A stretch of 64,000 nt of DNA from an uncultured Nitrososphaeraceae archaeon (GCA_963837175.1 CAWIMJ010000057.1:32001-96000); one strand, 5' to 3'. Positions 43,347 to 54,259 are shown, counted from the stretch's first letter. Notes: generated from the letters alone by a model not told the origin. Made by a program: numbers and translations.

Positions 43347-43883
43347 TTGGAAGAAACAGATTCAGACGTTACTACTACTACTAAGGGAGCAAGTTATGGA
43401 AGTGGCGGAGGGTATCGTGGCAGTGGATATGGAGGCGGTGGATATGGAGGCGGTGGATATGGAGGCGGTGGATATGGAGGCAGAGGACGAGGCGGAGGCT
43501 TTGGAGGTCCAAGACCATTTCGACCAGCACCAGTTAAAGTTGGTGACGAATATGATGTCAAAATTGAATCAATGAGCAAACGAGGCGATGCAGGAGTTGC
43601 AAAAGTTGAAGGGCTTGTTATTTTTGTCTCTGGTACCAAAGTCGGAGACAGCGTCAGAATAAAAATCACCAAAGTAGGTAGAGGATATGCTACTGCCGAA
43701 ATGACAGCTCAATCTTCAGGTGATAGTGGAGAATCAAGACCAGAAACTTCTTCATCTGAAGGACTAGAAACGTCTTCATCTGAAGGACTAGAAACTTCTT
43801 CATCTGAAGGACTAGAAACGTCTTCATCTGAAGGACTAGAAACGTCTTCATCTGAAGGACTAGAAACGTCTGAGAAAACATGA
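43347..43883 (+). CDS. TRAM-domain RNA-binding protein with Gly/Tyr/Arg-rich N-tail and acidic repeat C-tail
   Basis: PVKVGDEYDVKIESMSKRGDAGVAKVEGLVIFV...GDSVRIKITKV TRAM core. Confidence 0.9.
   Translation: MEETDSDVTTTTKGASYGSGGGYRGSGYGGGGYGGGGYGGGGYGGRGRGGGFGGPRPFRPAPVKVGDEYDVKIESMSKRGDAGVAKVEGLVIFVSGTKVGDSVRIKITKVGRGYATAEMTAQSSGDSGESRPETSSSEGLETSSSEGLETSSSEGLETSSSEGLETSSSEGLETSEKT
43425..43481 (+). repeat. 15-bp tandem repeat (GGATATGGAGGCGGT x3.8) encoding GYGGG
   Basis: Read directly; in frame in the TRAM gene. Confidence 0.95.
43743..43871 (+). repeat. 24-bp tandem repeat (GAAACKTCTTCATCTGAAGGACTA x5.4) encoding ETSSSEGL
   Basis: Five full copies differing only at a synonymous Thr wobble position; no spacers. 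Confidence 0.95.
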
Positions 43884-43970
43884 GAGTCTTATAAAAATAT
43901 CGCTAAATACCTCATTTTTATTTAGGGCTAAATATTTTAATCATTTTTAATTAAAAACTACAGGATTTTT

Positions 43971-45059
43971 ATGTGCCACACTAGCAATTTTTCAAAGAGT
44001 TCATCGCCAATCCATCTAATGGAATTACCAAGAAAGATATTGATAGGTGATGGTGTAATTTCTCAGCTTGGCTCTATTATCAGAGACTTGGATGCTAATA
44101 TTTCAAAGGTTGCGATCATAACTGGCTCAATAGTAAAAACAATGATGGAAGCGATCTGCATGTCTACTTTTCTTGAATCGCATTTGGAAAATTTTTGGTT
44201 CATATCAACAGACGCATCAATGGAATGTGTTCATAGGTTACAACGAATAATCGAAGATCATTCTGCTGATCTAGTCATAGGTCTTGGCGGAGGGAGATCT
44301 GTTGACGCGGCCAAGATGACGGCATTTCATCTAAAGAAACCATTCATTAGTGTCCCTACCTCAGCTTCCCATGACGGGATATCTAGTCCTTTCGCTTCTA
44401 TAAGGGGAAATGACAAACCTCATTCTGTCAAAGTAAATACTCCTGTTGGAGTAATCGCTGACACTCTTTTGCTTGCTAAAGCACCCCACCGTTTATTGGC
44501 AAGCGGGTGCGGAGATCTTGTCGCTAAAATTACTGCTGTCAAAGATTGGGAGCTTGGACGTGAAGAAAACAACGAATACTTTGGAAGTTATGCTGCTAAT
44601 CTCGCATATATGAGCGCAAAAATAATTCTGGATGAATCATCGAAATTGCGCGAGAATAATAAATTTGGAATACGAACAATTGTTGAAGCATTAATTAGTG
44701 CAGGGGTCGCATCATGTATAGCAGGAAGTAGCAGACCGTGCTCAGGCGCAGAACATCTTTTCAGTCATGCCGTCGAGTACACAGTAGGCAATAATTGTGG
44801 ACTACATGGAGAACGCGTCGGACTGGGCACTATTATGATGGCCAAGCTTCATGGTCTTGACTGGGAAATAATTGCTGAAACTTTAGAAAACGTAGGTGCG
44901 CCAACAACAGCAAAACAAATCAAGCTAAATGCACACCAAGTAGTCAACTCTCTATTGATTGCACAATCATTAAGACCAGATAGATATACAATCCTTACTA
45001 AGGTAAAATTAGATAAACATTCTGCTATGGATTTAGCCAAATCTGTAAAGGTACTTTGA
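43971..45059 (+). CDS. egsA: sn-glycerol-1-phosphate dehydrogenase
   Basis: GLGGGRSVD, VPTSASHDG, SRPCSGAEHLFSHA, LHGERVG. Confidence 0.95.
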   Translation: MCHTSNFSKSSSPIHLMELPRKILIGDGVISQLGSIIRDLDANISKVAIITGSIVKTMMEAICMSTFLESHLENFWFISTDASMECVHRLQRIIEDHSADLVIGLGGGRSVDAAKMTAFHLKKPFISVPTSASHDGISSPFASIRGNDKPHSVKVNTPVGVIADTLLLAKAPHRLLASGCGDLVAKITAVKDWELGREENNEYFGSYAANLAYMSAKIILDESSKLRENNKFGIRTIVEALISAGVASCIAGSSRPCSGAEHLFSHAVEYTVGNNCGLHGERVGLGTIMMAKLHGLDWEIIAETLENVGAPTTAKQIKLNAHQVVNSLLIAQSLRPDRYTILTKVKLDKHSAMDLAKSVKVL

Positions 45060-45121
45060 TGCTTTTTTACAAATAATAATTTCTAATTAGATATAGAATA
45101 AAAAATTTAGTTATCTTTTAC

Positions 45122-45907
45122 TTATTTCTGACTGTTTCTCTCTTTCTCTTCAGATTTAAGGTTTGTCTGCTGCTCTACGTTTGAATTTTGATCATTTTCT
45201 CGCTGATCTTGTGGCAATGATGACGACGAGGATTTGAAGCTTTCAATAAACTTAATATCCTTCAAACTTGGTACAAATTTAAAAACATCATTAGCAGCTG
45301 CGCGTTTGATAATTTGCAATCCTTCTGTTAGGAAAGTTTCTTCAGGTAGTTCTATCTCTAAAGAGAATCCTTTAAGACTGATTTTAATTTTCTCATCCTC
45401 TAACGGTAGCCTTCTTTTTATTAACGATCTTATTTTATCATCATCACTCTCAAGTTTCTTTACTATATCTATATCGTACTTGAGAGTTCGGCCTGCAAAT
45501 CGATGGTTAAAATCGACTTGAACTCTTCCAGATCCTACATATCTGACAATTCCAGTACGATTATCAATTTCAATCACATCCCCTACTCTGACCTCATCAG
45601 CCTTCTCGCCTAGCTTTCGTTGTGCAACCATTCTAACTTTATTAGGATCTCTTTCTCCAAAGCCTTTATCAGGAGAAATTTCAACATCAAATTTGTCGCC
45701 TATATTTGCAGCTGCCAGAGTCTCATCCAATCCTCTTAAAACCCAGCCTTCACCTATAGATATAAGCCTTGGCTCATATTTGCGAGTAGGATCAAAGAGA
45801 TCAGATTTCTTTGCCTCCTCTTCACGAGTTGTTTCAAAAATTTCGTTACTATCTTTAACTTTAGCAGTATAATCTACCAGTATAAGAGAGCCTCTCTCCA
45901 AAGTCAT
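45122..45907 (-). CDS. slyD: FKBP-type peptidyl-prolyl isomerase (long archaeal SlyD type)
   Basis: VDYTAK...FETT, GFGERD, VDFNHRFAG. Confidence 0.9.
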   Translation of the reverse strand: MTLERGSLILVDYTAKVKDSNEIFETTREEEAKKSDLFDPTRKYEPRLISIGEGWVLRGLDETLAAANIGDKFDVEISPDKGFGERDPNKVRMVAQRKLGEKADEVRVGDVIEIDNRTGIVRYVGSGRVQVDFNHRFAGRTLKYDIDIVKKLESDDDKIRSLIKRRLPLEDEKIKISLKGFSLEIELPEETFLTEGLQIIKRAAANDVFKFVPSLKDIKFIESFKSSSSSLPQDQRENDQNSNVEQQTNLKSEEKERNSQK

Positions 45908-45984
45908 AAAATTCGCTATAAATTTACCTTATATTAAGATTGATAGTTCTTCAAACAATAGCAAAACGTTTTAGATGCACTCGA

Positions 45985-47130
45985 TTATTCTAACTCCTTG
46001 ACTTTTTTTAAAGCAACAGAGATGACCTCAGGATCCACCTTAAGATCTAATATATTCATGGCAGATATAATCGATGATAGCGTTCTCATTACGTGGTATC
46101 TGCTAACTTCTCCCATGCTTCCTACTCTGAATACTTTACCCTTTAAGTCTCCAAATCCACCTGCTACAAGAACCTTGAATTCATCTGATAACAATCCTCT
46201 GAACTTCTTATCATCCATACCAGGAAGATAATTGACAGCGATTACCAAGTTACTTCTGGCATCAGGCTTAGCAAACGGTGTTAATCCCATCGCACTTAAT
46301 CCTGAATAGAATGCGTCAGCACAAATCCTATGACGTTTAATTCTTTTATCTATTCCTTCTTCTAAAACTAAATTGAGAGCCTCATTGAAAGCATGGAAGA
46401 GGGGAAGAGCTGGTGTAAAAGGTGTTTCATAATTCTCTTCATAATACTTGAAATATCGCTTAAGATTAAGATATTGGGTTGGTGGGGGGTTAGATTGCAT
46501 ATGTTGTTTAGCTCTGGGACTAATAGATATGGGCGATACTCCAGGAGGTGCGGCAAGAGCTTTGTGTGAGGCTGTTACACAGATATCAACATTCCATTTG
46601 TCGACAGGCAATTCGTCTCCACCCAAAATTGAAACAGCATCGACAATGAAATAAGTTCCCTTTTTGACTGACAGCTCACCTATTTTATCCAAGTATCGAA
46701 GAGTAGTCCCAGTGGATGTTTCATTGTATACTGTGTATATTGCTTTGATATCATGATGTTCATCAAATATATCTTCTATCTTATCAAACGGAGGATTCTC
46801 TCCAAAAGGAGCAGATATTCTGATTGCCTGACCTCCCCAACTGTCTATCAAATCTGCAAGGCGGTTTCCGAATTCGCCATTTACTGGGATAACTATCTTG
46901 TCACCTTTTTTAATGAGATTAACAACTGCTGCTTCTACAGCACCCGTTCCTGAAGTAGTTAACAATATAATATCATTGTTAGTAAGAAACACTTTCTGGG
47001 TCTTTTCTATGATATCTTTGTATAAAGTGCGAAAATTATCACTCCTGTGATTAATTATAGGCGCAAGCATTGCATTCATTACTCTATTTGACACGTTTGT
47101 AGGACCAGGAAGCATAACTAAGTATTCCAT
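45985..47130 (-). CDS. Class V PLP aminotransferase (serine-pyruvate / alanine-glyoxylate type)
   Basis: MLPGPT, NETSTG, VDAVS, SHKALAAPPG, FRVGSMG. Confidence 0.92.
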   Translation of the reverse strand: MEYLVMLPGPTNVSNRVMNAMLAPIINHRSDNFRTLYKDIIEKTQKVFLTNNDIILLTTSGTGAVEAAVVNLIKKGDKIVIPVNGEFGNRLADLIDSWGGQAIRISAPFGENPPFDKIEDIFDEHHDIKAIYTVYNETSTGTTLRYLDKIGELSVKKGTYFIVDAVSILGGDELPVDKWNVDICVTASHKALAAPPGVSPISISPRAKQHMQSNPPPTQYLNLKRYFKYYEENYETPFTPALPLFHAFNEALNLVLEEGIDKRIKRHRICADAFYSGLSAMGLTPFAKPDARSNLVIAVNYLPGMDDKKFRGLLSDEFKVLVAGGFGDLKGKVFRVGSMGEVSRYHVMRTLSSIISAMNILDLKVDPEVISVALKKVKELE

Positions 47131-47189
47131 GCTGTTTCATTAGACCAGCATACCCTCGGATATTTATAATTACGTCGACCCTAGTAAAA

Positions 47190-48305
47190 ATGATAAATCT
47201 GATTGGGAAATGCTTCCTTATGATAAAATCACATCGCTTCAAGGTGTTACAGCATGCCAGCAAATTAGGATGTAATGTCATTGCTGCCTTTCAACCTGAA
47301 AATATTTTTTACCTTACCGGCTTCTGGGGAGAAGCGATCGCGATATGTACAGAAGGCCATGCTAGTCTTCTTGCTCCTAAGTTGGAAGTAGGAAGAGCTC
47401 TTCAGGAATCAAAAGAATGTGACGTTATTCCTACAGAACGAGGTAACGGTTTGATCGATAGTCTTATTTCGAAAATCCATAAAAAAATCACATGTACGGA
47501 TTGTAACGATCAGGATATCATCAGAAGTATTCAAAATCAAATTGGAACAAGATCGTTCGTGGTCAATGTCGAACCATTCTTCCTTACTCGAATAATCAAA
47601 GATGAAGAGGAAATCAAAATGATCGAAATGGCAGCTAAAATTTTAGACAGACTCTACAATATTTGCAAAGACGAAATCAAATCTGGGTTATCAGAAAGAG
47701 AGTTGCAGGCAAAGCTGCTCTTTGAAGCGATGATCATGGGAACATATCCAACGTCTTATAAATCATCACTAAATCCCTTCATTATTGCTGGAGGACCAAA
47801 TGGGGCTTTACCTCATGCACAGGTTTCAGACCGCAAATTTATAAAAGGTGACATGATTATTGTAGATCTTACATTAAGATATAAGGGCTATATAGCTGAT
47901 GCAACCAGAACCTTTGTTTTGGGTACACCAACATCTGAAATGAAAAAAGTATATGATATAGTCAAGAGATCCCAACAGGGGGGTTTGGATACATTGCGTG
48001 ATGATGTCACATGTAGTCAAGTTGATGCTATTTGTCGAAAGATAATCTCTGAAGAAGGCTATTCAGAATGCTTTATCCACTCAACAGGGCATGGAATTGG
48101 TCTAGATGTTCACGAACCTCCATGGCTTCGAATAAAAAATGAAGAGATATTGAAAGCGAATATGGCAGTAACAATTGAACCAGGAATATATTTGCAAGGC
48201 AAATTTGGAATAAGAATAGAAGATAGTGTCATAGTTACTAAACCCTCCGATGGAAGCGCAAGGATACTAAATGCATTCACAAAAGATCTAATCGAGTTGG
48301 ACTAG
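47190..48305 (+). CDS. pepQ: Xaa-Pro aminopeptidase/prolidase (M24)
   Basis: GYIADATRT, HSTGHGIGLDVHE, TIEPGIY, GIRIED; start may be 47220. Confidence 0.9.
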   Translation: MINLIGKCFLMIKSHRFKVLQHASKLGCNVIAAFQPENIFYLTGFWGEAIAICTEGHASLLAPKLEVGRALQESKECDVIPTERGNGLIDSLISKIHKKITCTDCNDQDIIRSIQNQIGTRSFVVNVEPFFLTRIIKDEEEIKMIEMAAKILDRLYNICKDEIKSGLSERELQAKLLFEAMIMGTYPTSYKSSLNPFIIAGGPNGALPHAQVSDRKFIKGDMIIVDLTLRYKGYIADATRTFVLGTPTSEMKKVYDIVKRSQQGGLDTLRDDVTCSQVDAICRKIISEEGYSECFIHSTGHGIGLDVHEPPWLRIKNEEILKANMAVTIEPGIYLQGKFGIRIEDSVIVTKPSDGSARILNAFTKDLIELD

Positions 48306-48397
48306 GAAATCAAACTCTAGAATAGAGTGGTTAGATCACAGGTAGGTAAAATTTCGCCTTGGAGTAAATAAAGGGAAATGTGTATATTTTATTGAGC

Positions 48398-49687
48398 CTA
48401 TTGTGACATTTTATTTTGAATAATCAAATTCTCAATAACATTAAGCAAATTTCTGGCTATGCTGAATTTATTTTGAGTAGGTAGATGTAAAATATTTTTA
48501 TGCTTATCTATCACGAATACCTCATTATCATCTGAGCCAATCTCGGAATCTTTTCTTCCAACATCGTTTGCAACGATTAAATCACCTTTACACTCCTTCA
48601 ATTTTCTATAGGCTCTTTCGATTATATTAGTGTCTGATACATCATACTCTGCTTTAAATCCGACTAAAAAAGTTTGTTTGCTTATATGCTTAACTCTGTT
48701 TATGATCTTTCGAGTTGGCGAAAGAGTCAAAAGCACTTTTCCTGTACCCGTCGTAATTTTCTTTATGGATTTTCGTTCGGGAGTAAAATCAGCGACCGCG
48801 GCCGATAAAACTGCAATATCATATCTTTTTAAAGAAAGTTCGGACATTACGATATTATACATTTCTCTACTTGTATTCACTCTAATGATATTTAGATTAG
48901 GCGAAGATTTAGGGTTATAAGTTCCATGACCATATACAAGTGTAACCTTTGCACCCAATCTAAGCGCTTCTTCAGCAATTATATTTCCCATTTTACCCGA
49001 GCTAAGGTTAGTGATTACCCTTATTGGATCTATATATTCAATAGTACCGCCCGCTGTAACCAAGATGTTTTTTTCATAAAAGAAAGATTCAGTAAACTTT
49101 GTAAATTTGTTTATTATTGATTTTAGTATTTGTTCTGGAGAGACAACCTTTGCCTTTCCCTCTGTAATTATGGGCTGCAGAAAGTCTACTCCTTGATCTT
49201 TGACCCTCTGGATATTTTCCTGGATGAGGCGATTGTCATACATTGACTCATGCATAGCAGGTGCAATAATTATGGGAATTCTAGACCCTAGTGCTACACT
49301 CAGAACAGAAGTAACAGCTGTGTCATTGATTCCATTTGCAATCTTTCCTATTGTATTGGCAGTACATGGATATACAACAATTAGATCAGACATATTGTAG
49401 TTTGCAAGAGCAATGTGTTCGAGACTTCCTGTTATCTTAGTAACAACATTATTCCCTGTAGCCCATCTCATCATATCTGGTGTGAGTAGTGTGGATGCAA
49501 CAATCTTTGACATTACCGGATAGACGTCAGCACCATGCCGTATAAGTTGACGGGCTAAATCAATCGCTCTGTAGGCGGCAACGCTACCTGTAATACACAA
49601 AACTATTTTTTTCCCTTCTATTTCGCCTCCATCTATGCCTGCAATATCTTGTGATGAGTGAAATTCTGTTTTCTTTTCTGTATCCAT
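48398..49687 (-). CDS. coaBC: Bifunctional phosphopantothenoylcysteine decarboxylase/synthetase
   Basis: ITGSVAAY, PCTANTIGK, PAMH, TAGGT.E.IDPIRVITNLSSGKMG, GFKAE. Confidence 0.95.
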   Translation of the reverse strand: MDTEKKTEFHSSQDIAGIDGGEIEGKKIVLCITGSVAAYRAIDLARQLIRHGADVYPVMSKIVASTLLTPDMMRWATGNNVVTKITGSLEHIALANYNMSDLIVVYPCTANTIGKIANGINDTAVTSVLSVALGSRIPIIIAPAMHESMYDNRLIQENIQRVKDQGVDFLQPIITEGKAKVVSPEQILKSIINKFTKFTESFFYEKNILVTAGGTIEYIDPIRVITNLSSGKMGNIIAEEALRLGAKVTLVYGHGTYNPKSSPNLNIIRVNTSREMYNIVMSELSLKRYDIAVLSAAVADFTPERKSIKKITTGTGKVLLTLSPTRKIINRVKHISKQTFLVGFKAEYDVSDTNIIERAYRKLKECKGDLIVANDVGRKDSEIGSDDNEVFVIDKHKNILHLPTQNKFSIARNLLNVIENLIIQNKMSQ

Positions 49688-49695
49688 TTCTTAAT

Positions 49696-50574
49696 TTATT
49701 TTTTCTCCTTTAACATCTTCCTTAATTCCTCAAGATCAGAGGGACATATATGAAAGATGTTTTCTTCTTCTGGAAACTTACTTGACTTCACCTCATTAAT
49801 ATAAACTGAGACTGCATCGAAAATTGATTTAGATAATTCTGCATATCGTTTTACAAATTTGGGTTTAATGTCTTGGTAGATTCCGAGTAGATCATGCAGG
49901 ACAAGTACTTGGCCGTCGCAGCTCGAACCAGAGCCTATGCCAATAATGGGTATAGAAATAGTTTTACATATGATCTCTGCTACCTCGCTTGTAACCATCT
50001 CTATTACAATGCTAAACACCCCTGCTTCTTCAAGTGCTCTAGCTTCTTCAATCAATTTTAATCCTGAAATTTTTGTTTTTCCTTGGAGTCTATATCCTTC
50101 CCATAAACTAGTCGTCTGTGGTTTCAAACCAATATGGCCCATTACAGGAATTCCTGTATTTACAATAGCCTTGATTGTTTCAATTATTTCAATACCGCCT
50201 TCAAGTTTTACTGCATGACATCCAACCTTGATAAATTTAACAGCATTTGTTATTGCCTCACTTATAGAAATTTGATAAGATCCAAAGGGCATGTCAGCAA
50301 TTATCATTGCTCTCTTTGCTCCTCGTGAGACAGCACTGCAAAATATCAGCATCTCTTCCATGTTTATCTGATTTGTAGCAGCATAACCAAGCATTACCAT
50401 CGCCGCGCTATCTCCAACTAACAAGATGTCAACTCCTGCCCTATCACAGATCGAAGCAGTAGAATAGTCGTAAGCAGTTAGAACAGAGATTTTTTGTAAT
50501 TTTTGCTTCATTATCGCAATATCATTTATATTAACTCTTTTAGTATTAAAATTCCTGCTATCTTTGTCTTGCAA
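49696..50574 (-). CDS. panB: Ketopantoate hydroxymethyltransferase
   Basis: LTAYDY, LVGDS, ADMPFGSY, VKLEGG, MGHIGLKPQ, DGQVLV; start placed at TTG 50574 to limit overlap with pps. Confidence 0.93.
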   Translation of the reverse strand: MQDKDSRNFNTKRVNINDIAIMKQKLQKISVLTAYDYSTASICDRAGVDILLVGDSAAMVMLGYAATNQINMEEMLIFCSAVSRGAKRAMIIADMPFGSYQISISEAITNAVKFIKVGCHAVKLEGGIEIIETIKAIVNTGIPVMGHIGLKPQTTSLWEGYRLQGKTKISGLKLIEEARALEEAGVFSIVIEMVTSEVAEIICKTISIPIIGIGSGSSCDGQVLVLHDLLGIYQDIKPKFVKRYAELSKSIFDAVSVYINEVKSSKFPEEENIFHICPSDLEELRKMLKEKK

Positions 50575-51325
50575 TCGCGCCACACCGGATAATTTTAAGT
50601 GATTCTGAGAGATTCTTGCTGTTGTCAAATTCATCTACTATCCTTTTGAGAATCTTGTCATCTTTTAGTTTCAGCTGCTCCATTTCTACAATCATCGCGG
50701 GCAAGGCTCGAGTAGCATTGTCTATGATTGTGATTGTCGCAGCCTTTGATGTTCTTGACAGAGGATTAAGATCTATTGCGATTACTTTTTTATGCATTTT
50801 AACAAGAGCTTCTGTTCGATCTCCATCTTCTAATGGAACAAGTATGCTGTCAGCATTATAGATTCCATCCTGATCTACTGTTCTACGTTCGCTTCGTAAT
50901 TCAGGAATTCTAACTGAATATTTGCTGCGGATACCTCGAACTGTCTTTGCCCCCATTTTTTTTAGTTCTTTTTCAATTGCTAACTCTCGTTCTCTTGTCC
51001 AATAGAATAGATTGATTTCTATATCAGCATTGAGTAAGTTGCTTAATTCAACAATTTCTCTTGGACAGAGTGCGACAAGGTTACCATTAACTGAAATGAC
51101 AGGATGGATTGCAAGTAAAAGTAATGAACATGACGCCTTTATAGCGGTACGGGCAGTTTCGGTTGTATTTTCACCCAAAAGATAATCAAAAGTCTCTCCT
51201 CTACCATGAGCGATTAAACCCTCTGGTACCACAATACCATTTCTATATCCGTTTACAAGCAATTCTCTTATATAAAGAGATTCTGCTCGCGGGTGACTTG
51301 ATGGAATAATACTACTTCTAGGCAT
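50558..51325 (-). CDS. pps: Phosphopantothenate synthetase
   Basis: HPRAESL, GLIAHGRGE.FDYLLGE, VPLEDGDR, IDLNPLSRT. Confidence 0.93.
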   Translation of the reverse strand: MPRSSIIPSSHPRAESLYIRELLVNGYRNGIVVPEGLIAHGRGETFDYLLGENTTETARTAIKASCSLLLLAIHPVISVNGNLVALCPREIVELSNLLNADIEINLFYWTRERELAIEKELKKMGAKTVRGIRSKYSVRIPELRSERRTVDQDGIYNADSILVPLEDGDRTEALVKMHKKVIAIDLNPLSRTSKAATITIIDNATRALPAMIVEMEQLKLKDDKILKRIVDEFDNSKNLSESLKIIRCGAIARQR

Positions 51326-51331
51326 TATTAT

Positions 51332-52243
51332 CTATAGAACTCTCGCTCCAGTATTATCTATATTACATACGATCAAGGTGCCTTCAAAATTCTTCAAATA
51401 TTGTTTCACATAATTTACCATGTCTAAAGATACGATAGTAAAAATCGTCTCTCCGAATAATGCAACCCCTGCTTGAATTCTGTGAGATTTTAAGCGTTCA
51501 AGTGGTTCTTTACACCTTAGTTCTGTTAAGCCAAGAGAACGGGCAAATTGGTAAGACATCCTTTGGAATTCATCAATATCTTTGGATACTCTTAATCTTT
51601 TTAACATCTTTTCACCAAGCGGATTTGCCAATGTTAAATTATTCATAAGAAATGCTTTGGTAGAAAGCGGGGCAATGCAAAAAATTACAGCTTTATAATC
51701 TTTGAGATCCATACTTTCTATATGTCCTACTCCCGGAGCACCAATACTAGTCCGTATTTCAAATCCTCCTGAAAATTCTGCAATCACGGTTCCTAAACCT
51801 GTTTTGCAGGCGATCTCCGCACAGTGTGCGATTTGTCCTACCTCGTACTTGGTAAGTTTTCTATCAAGCGCATCATTAAGAGCATATGATAGACTTAGGG
51901 CTCCTGCTCCACTTGAACCTAATCCAAAACCTATTGGTATATTAGTTTCATGCTTAATATTAATATAATATGGCTTGTGGAGGTCTTTAAGGTATTCCTC
52001 TACAACCCATCTGGATACATTCGCATCTTCGACTTTACCATTAATAGAAATCTGATAATTTGTTGTCTGAGATTCAAACACTTCTACGGTAGTCGTAATG
52101 CCGCGAGCAATAGAAAAACCCGCGCCCTTTGAACCAGCAGAATGGTAATCCAAGCAATTATCAGGTTTTATGACAATACCGGTAATGTGACCAGGACTGA
52201 ATGCCTTTGCCGTGGCAACTGGGGTTGCGATTACTGATACCAC
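51332..52243 (-). CDS. pok: Pantoate kinase (GHMP family)
   Basis: AFSPGHITG, GSKGAG, PIGFGLGSSGA, AHCAEI..KTGLGTV; operon with pps. Confidence 0.9.
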   Translation of the reverse strand: MVSVIATPVATAKAFSPGHITGIVIKPDNCLDYHSAGSKGAGFSIARGITTTVEVFESQTTNYQISINGKVEDANVSRWVVEEYLKDLHKPYYINIKHETNIPIGFGLGSSGAGALSLSYALNDALDRKLTKYEVGQIAHCAEIACKTGLGTVIAEFSGGFEIRTSIGAPGVGHIESMDLKDYKAVIFCIAPLSTKAFLMNNLTLANPLGEKMLKRLRVSKDIDEFQRMSYQFARSLGLTELRCKEPLERLKSHRIQAGVALFGETIFTIVSLDMVNYVKQYLKNFEGTLIVCNIDNTGARVL

Positions 52244-52313
52244 ACATGATAATAGACTACCAAAAAATATAAAAATATTGTTTAATTAGTTTAAACAGGT
52301 ATAAACAAAATTC

Positions 52314-53327
52314 ATGTCACGCTATGCAAGAAGGTTACAGAAAATAGGAAGTAGTATGTTAATATCTTTGCCTAGTGAATGGGTCAAGAATAACAACTTA
52401 AAGAAAGGCAACATGGTAATGATCGAAGTTAATAGAAACAACTCAGTATCATTATATCCTTCTGATGCAGAAGCTGAAGATGTAAAAGAAGTAAATATAC
52501 CGTATCCTGTACGACCTACGGAGAGCCTCATAAATCAGATTTATGGTGCTTATCTGTTCGGATATAATATCATACGTATTAAAGGTAGGTCTCAAATATC
52601 TTTTGAAGATCGAGAGCTTATTAAGCTTGCAATGAGAAAACTTGTAGGACTGGAAATCGTTGATGAGGATGGATCTAATATAATTTCCCAGTTCCTACTC
52701 GATGCAAATACGTTAGATGCAGAGAAGATTCTTAGACGAATGAGTTCAATCGTAGCAGGAATGTATAAAGATACGCTATTGGGATTTCAGAAAAGGGAAA
52801 ACGGCATTGAGAAATTGATTGCGAGTAGAGATGATGAAGTTGACCGACAATATTTTTTACTAGTAAGGTTGATACGAAGTGCAATGATGGATCAGAAACT
52901 GGCAAGCAAACTCAATTTAAGCAATATTGATATTTTAGATTATCGAATAGCTGCAAATCATCTGGAGAGCGCAGGTGATTACATTACCGATTTTGCGACA
53001 GCTCTGCCTATCATTTCTCATGACAAACTAATCAAAGAGATAATTCAGGCTGGAACATTAATTGAGAAAATGCAAGAGAAATCTGTTGCTGGTTTTATAA
53101 GCAAGAATAGAGTTGAATCAAATGAGGTTGTTAATATGTATAGTACATTTAATGAGCTATTTAATTCAACAAAGGCCCTAGCGGCAAAGACAGAAATCTA
53201 CAAACAAGAATCAACTGTTGCAGTTCTTATTTCGATCTTTTCAATGGATAAAATTGCACGATGCTGGGTTGACATAGCTGATTTAATAAAGCCTGTATAT
53301 TTAACAGCGCCTTTGAAGAATGCATAA
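52314..53327 (+). CDS. AbrB-PhoU family regulator (second paralog)
   Basis: RRLQKIGSSMLISLPSEW, RDDEVDRQYFL, LESAGDY. Confidence 0.88.
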   Translation: MSRYARRLQKIGSSMLISLPSEWVKNNNLKKGNMVMIEVNRNNSVSLYPSDAEAEDVKEVNIPYPVRPTESLINQIYGAYLFGYNIIRIKGRSQISFEDRELIKLAMRKLVGLEIVDEDGSNIISQFLLDANTLDAEKILRRMSSIVAGMYKDTLLGFQKRENGIEKLIASRDDEVDRQYFLLVRLIRSAMMDQKLASKLNLSNIDILDYRIAANHLESAGDYITDFATALPIISHDKLIKEIIQAGTLIEKMQEKSVAGFISKNRVESNEVVNMYSTFNELFNSTKALAAKTEIYKQESTVAVLISIFSMDKIARCWVDIADLIKPVYLTAPLKNA

Positions 53328-54259
53328 GATCGTAAATCCAAAAATCGGTTCTTTTTCATAGATGTACTTAAACTTGCGATTTATAACTATAAAAAATAAT
53401 CACTTTGCAGAAAATGAATTATTTTATTTCATCATAATGTTAATTCAAAAATGAGATTGTCTGTTGTTCCCATTTTTTATCAGTATCTTGTGTATTAGAA
53501 AATAGAAGTCATTGAATTAGTAGTGTCATCTATGCATCTTGCATTTTTTTCTTAAGGCTATCGCAATAGAGAGCAGACACAATCATAATAATTCGATAAT
53601 GTTAAATTATGTTATAATAATTGCACGGAAAATAATAACCCATAAAATTGCTATGTTTGTGTTATTAGCGACAAGCTGAAATCTAAGGAAAATTCTTTCT
53701 CCTATACAAAAAAATCTCTACTCAAGTTAATTCATTAGAAGTAGCGAACTTTCTACTGAGAGAATTAGATAACTTTAACAACCTAATCGGTACTCGAGTT
53801 TTCATAGGACTTATGAGTAGTGAAGAATACAGAAAATCTTTGTATAATTATTTGGTCTGCAGAATATCTCTATGATAAAAAATATGATGAGAAATCAATA
53901 GATGCCTGTTCTATCAAGCTTCGAGAATTATTAAATCAGCAACACAAACAATAGATGTAGTAGATACCTTTACAGTCCAAGATGTTTATACAATCAATTA
54001 TTGATCTTTTAAATGAATTGAAAATTATAATTCATCTCCTTTAAAGATGGGCATCGTCTTTATCACTGAGGAATCCTTAGAGCACATATGAGGAATCTAA
54101 GAAAATATGAAAAGATAATAAATATAAAGGATTTAATGAAATGATCTTAAACAATTGGAAGTTAGCCGTACAGAGTACAGTTTGAGTGAACTAATGTTAA
54201 ATGTACTTTTCTTCAAAGTCTAAACGGATTTACTTTTATAACAGAGTTTTGTTAGTAAG

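Noticed and set aside
43743-43871. 24-bp repeats as a CRISPR array
   Set aside because: Head-to-tail with no spacers, in frame within the TRAM gene, vary only at a synonymous site; no cas genes in the window
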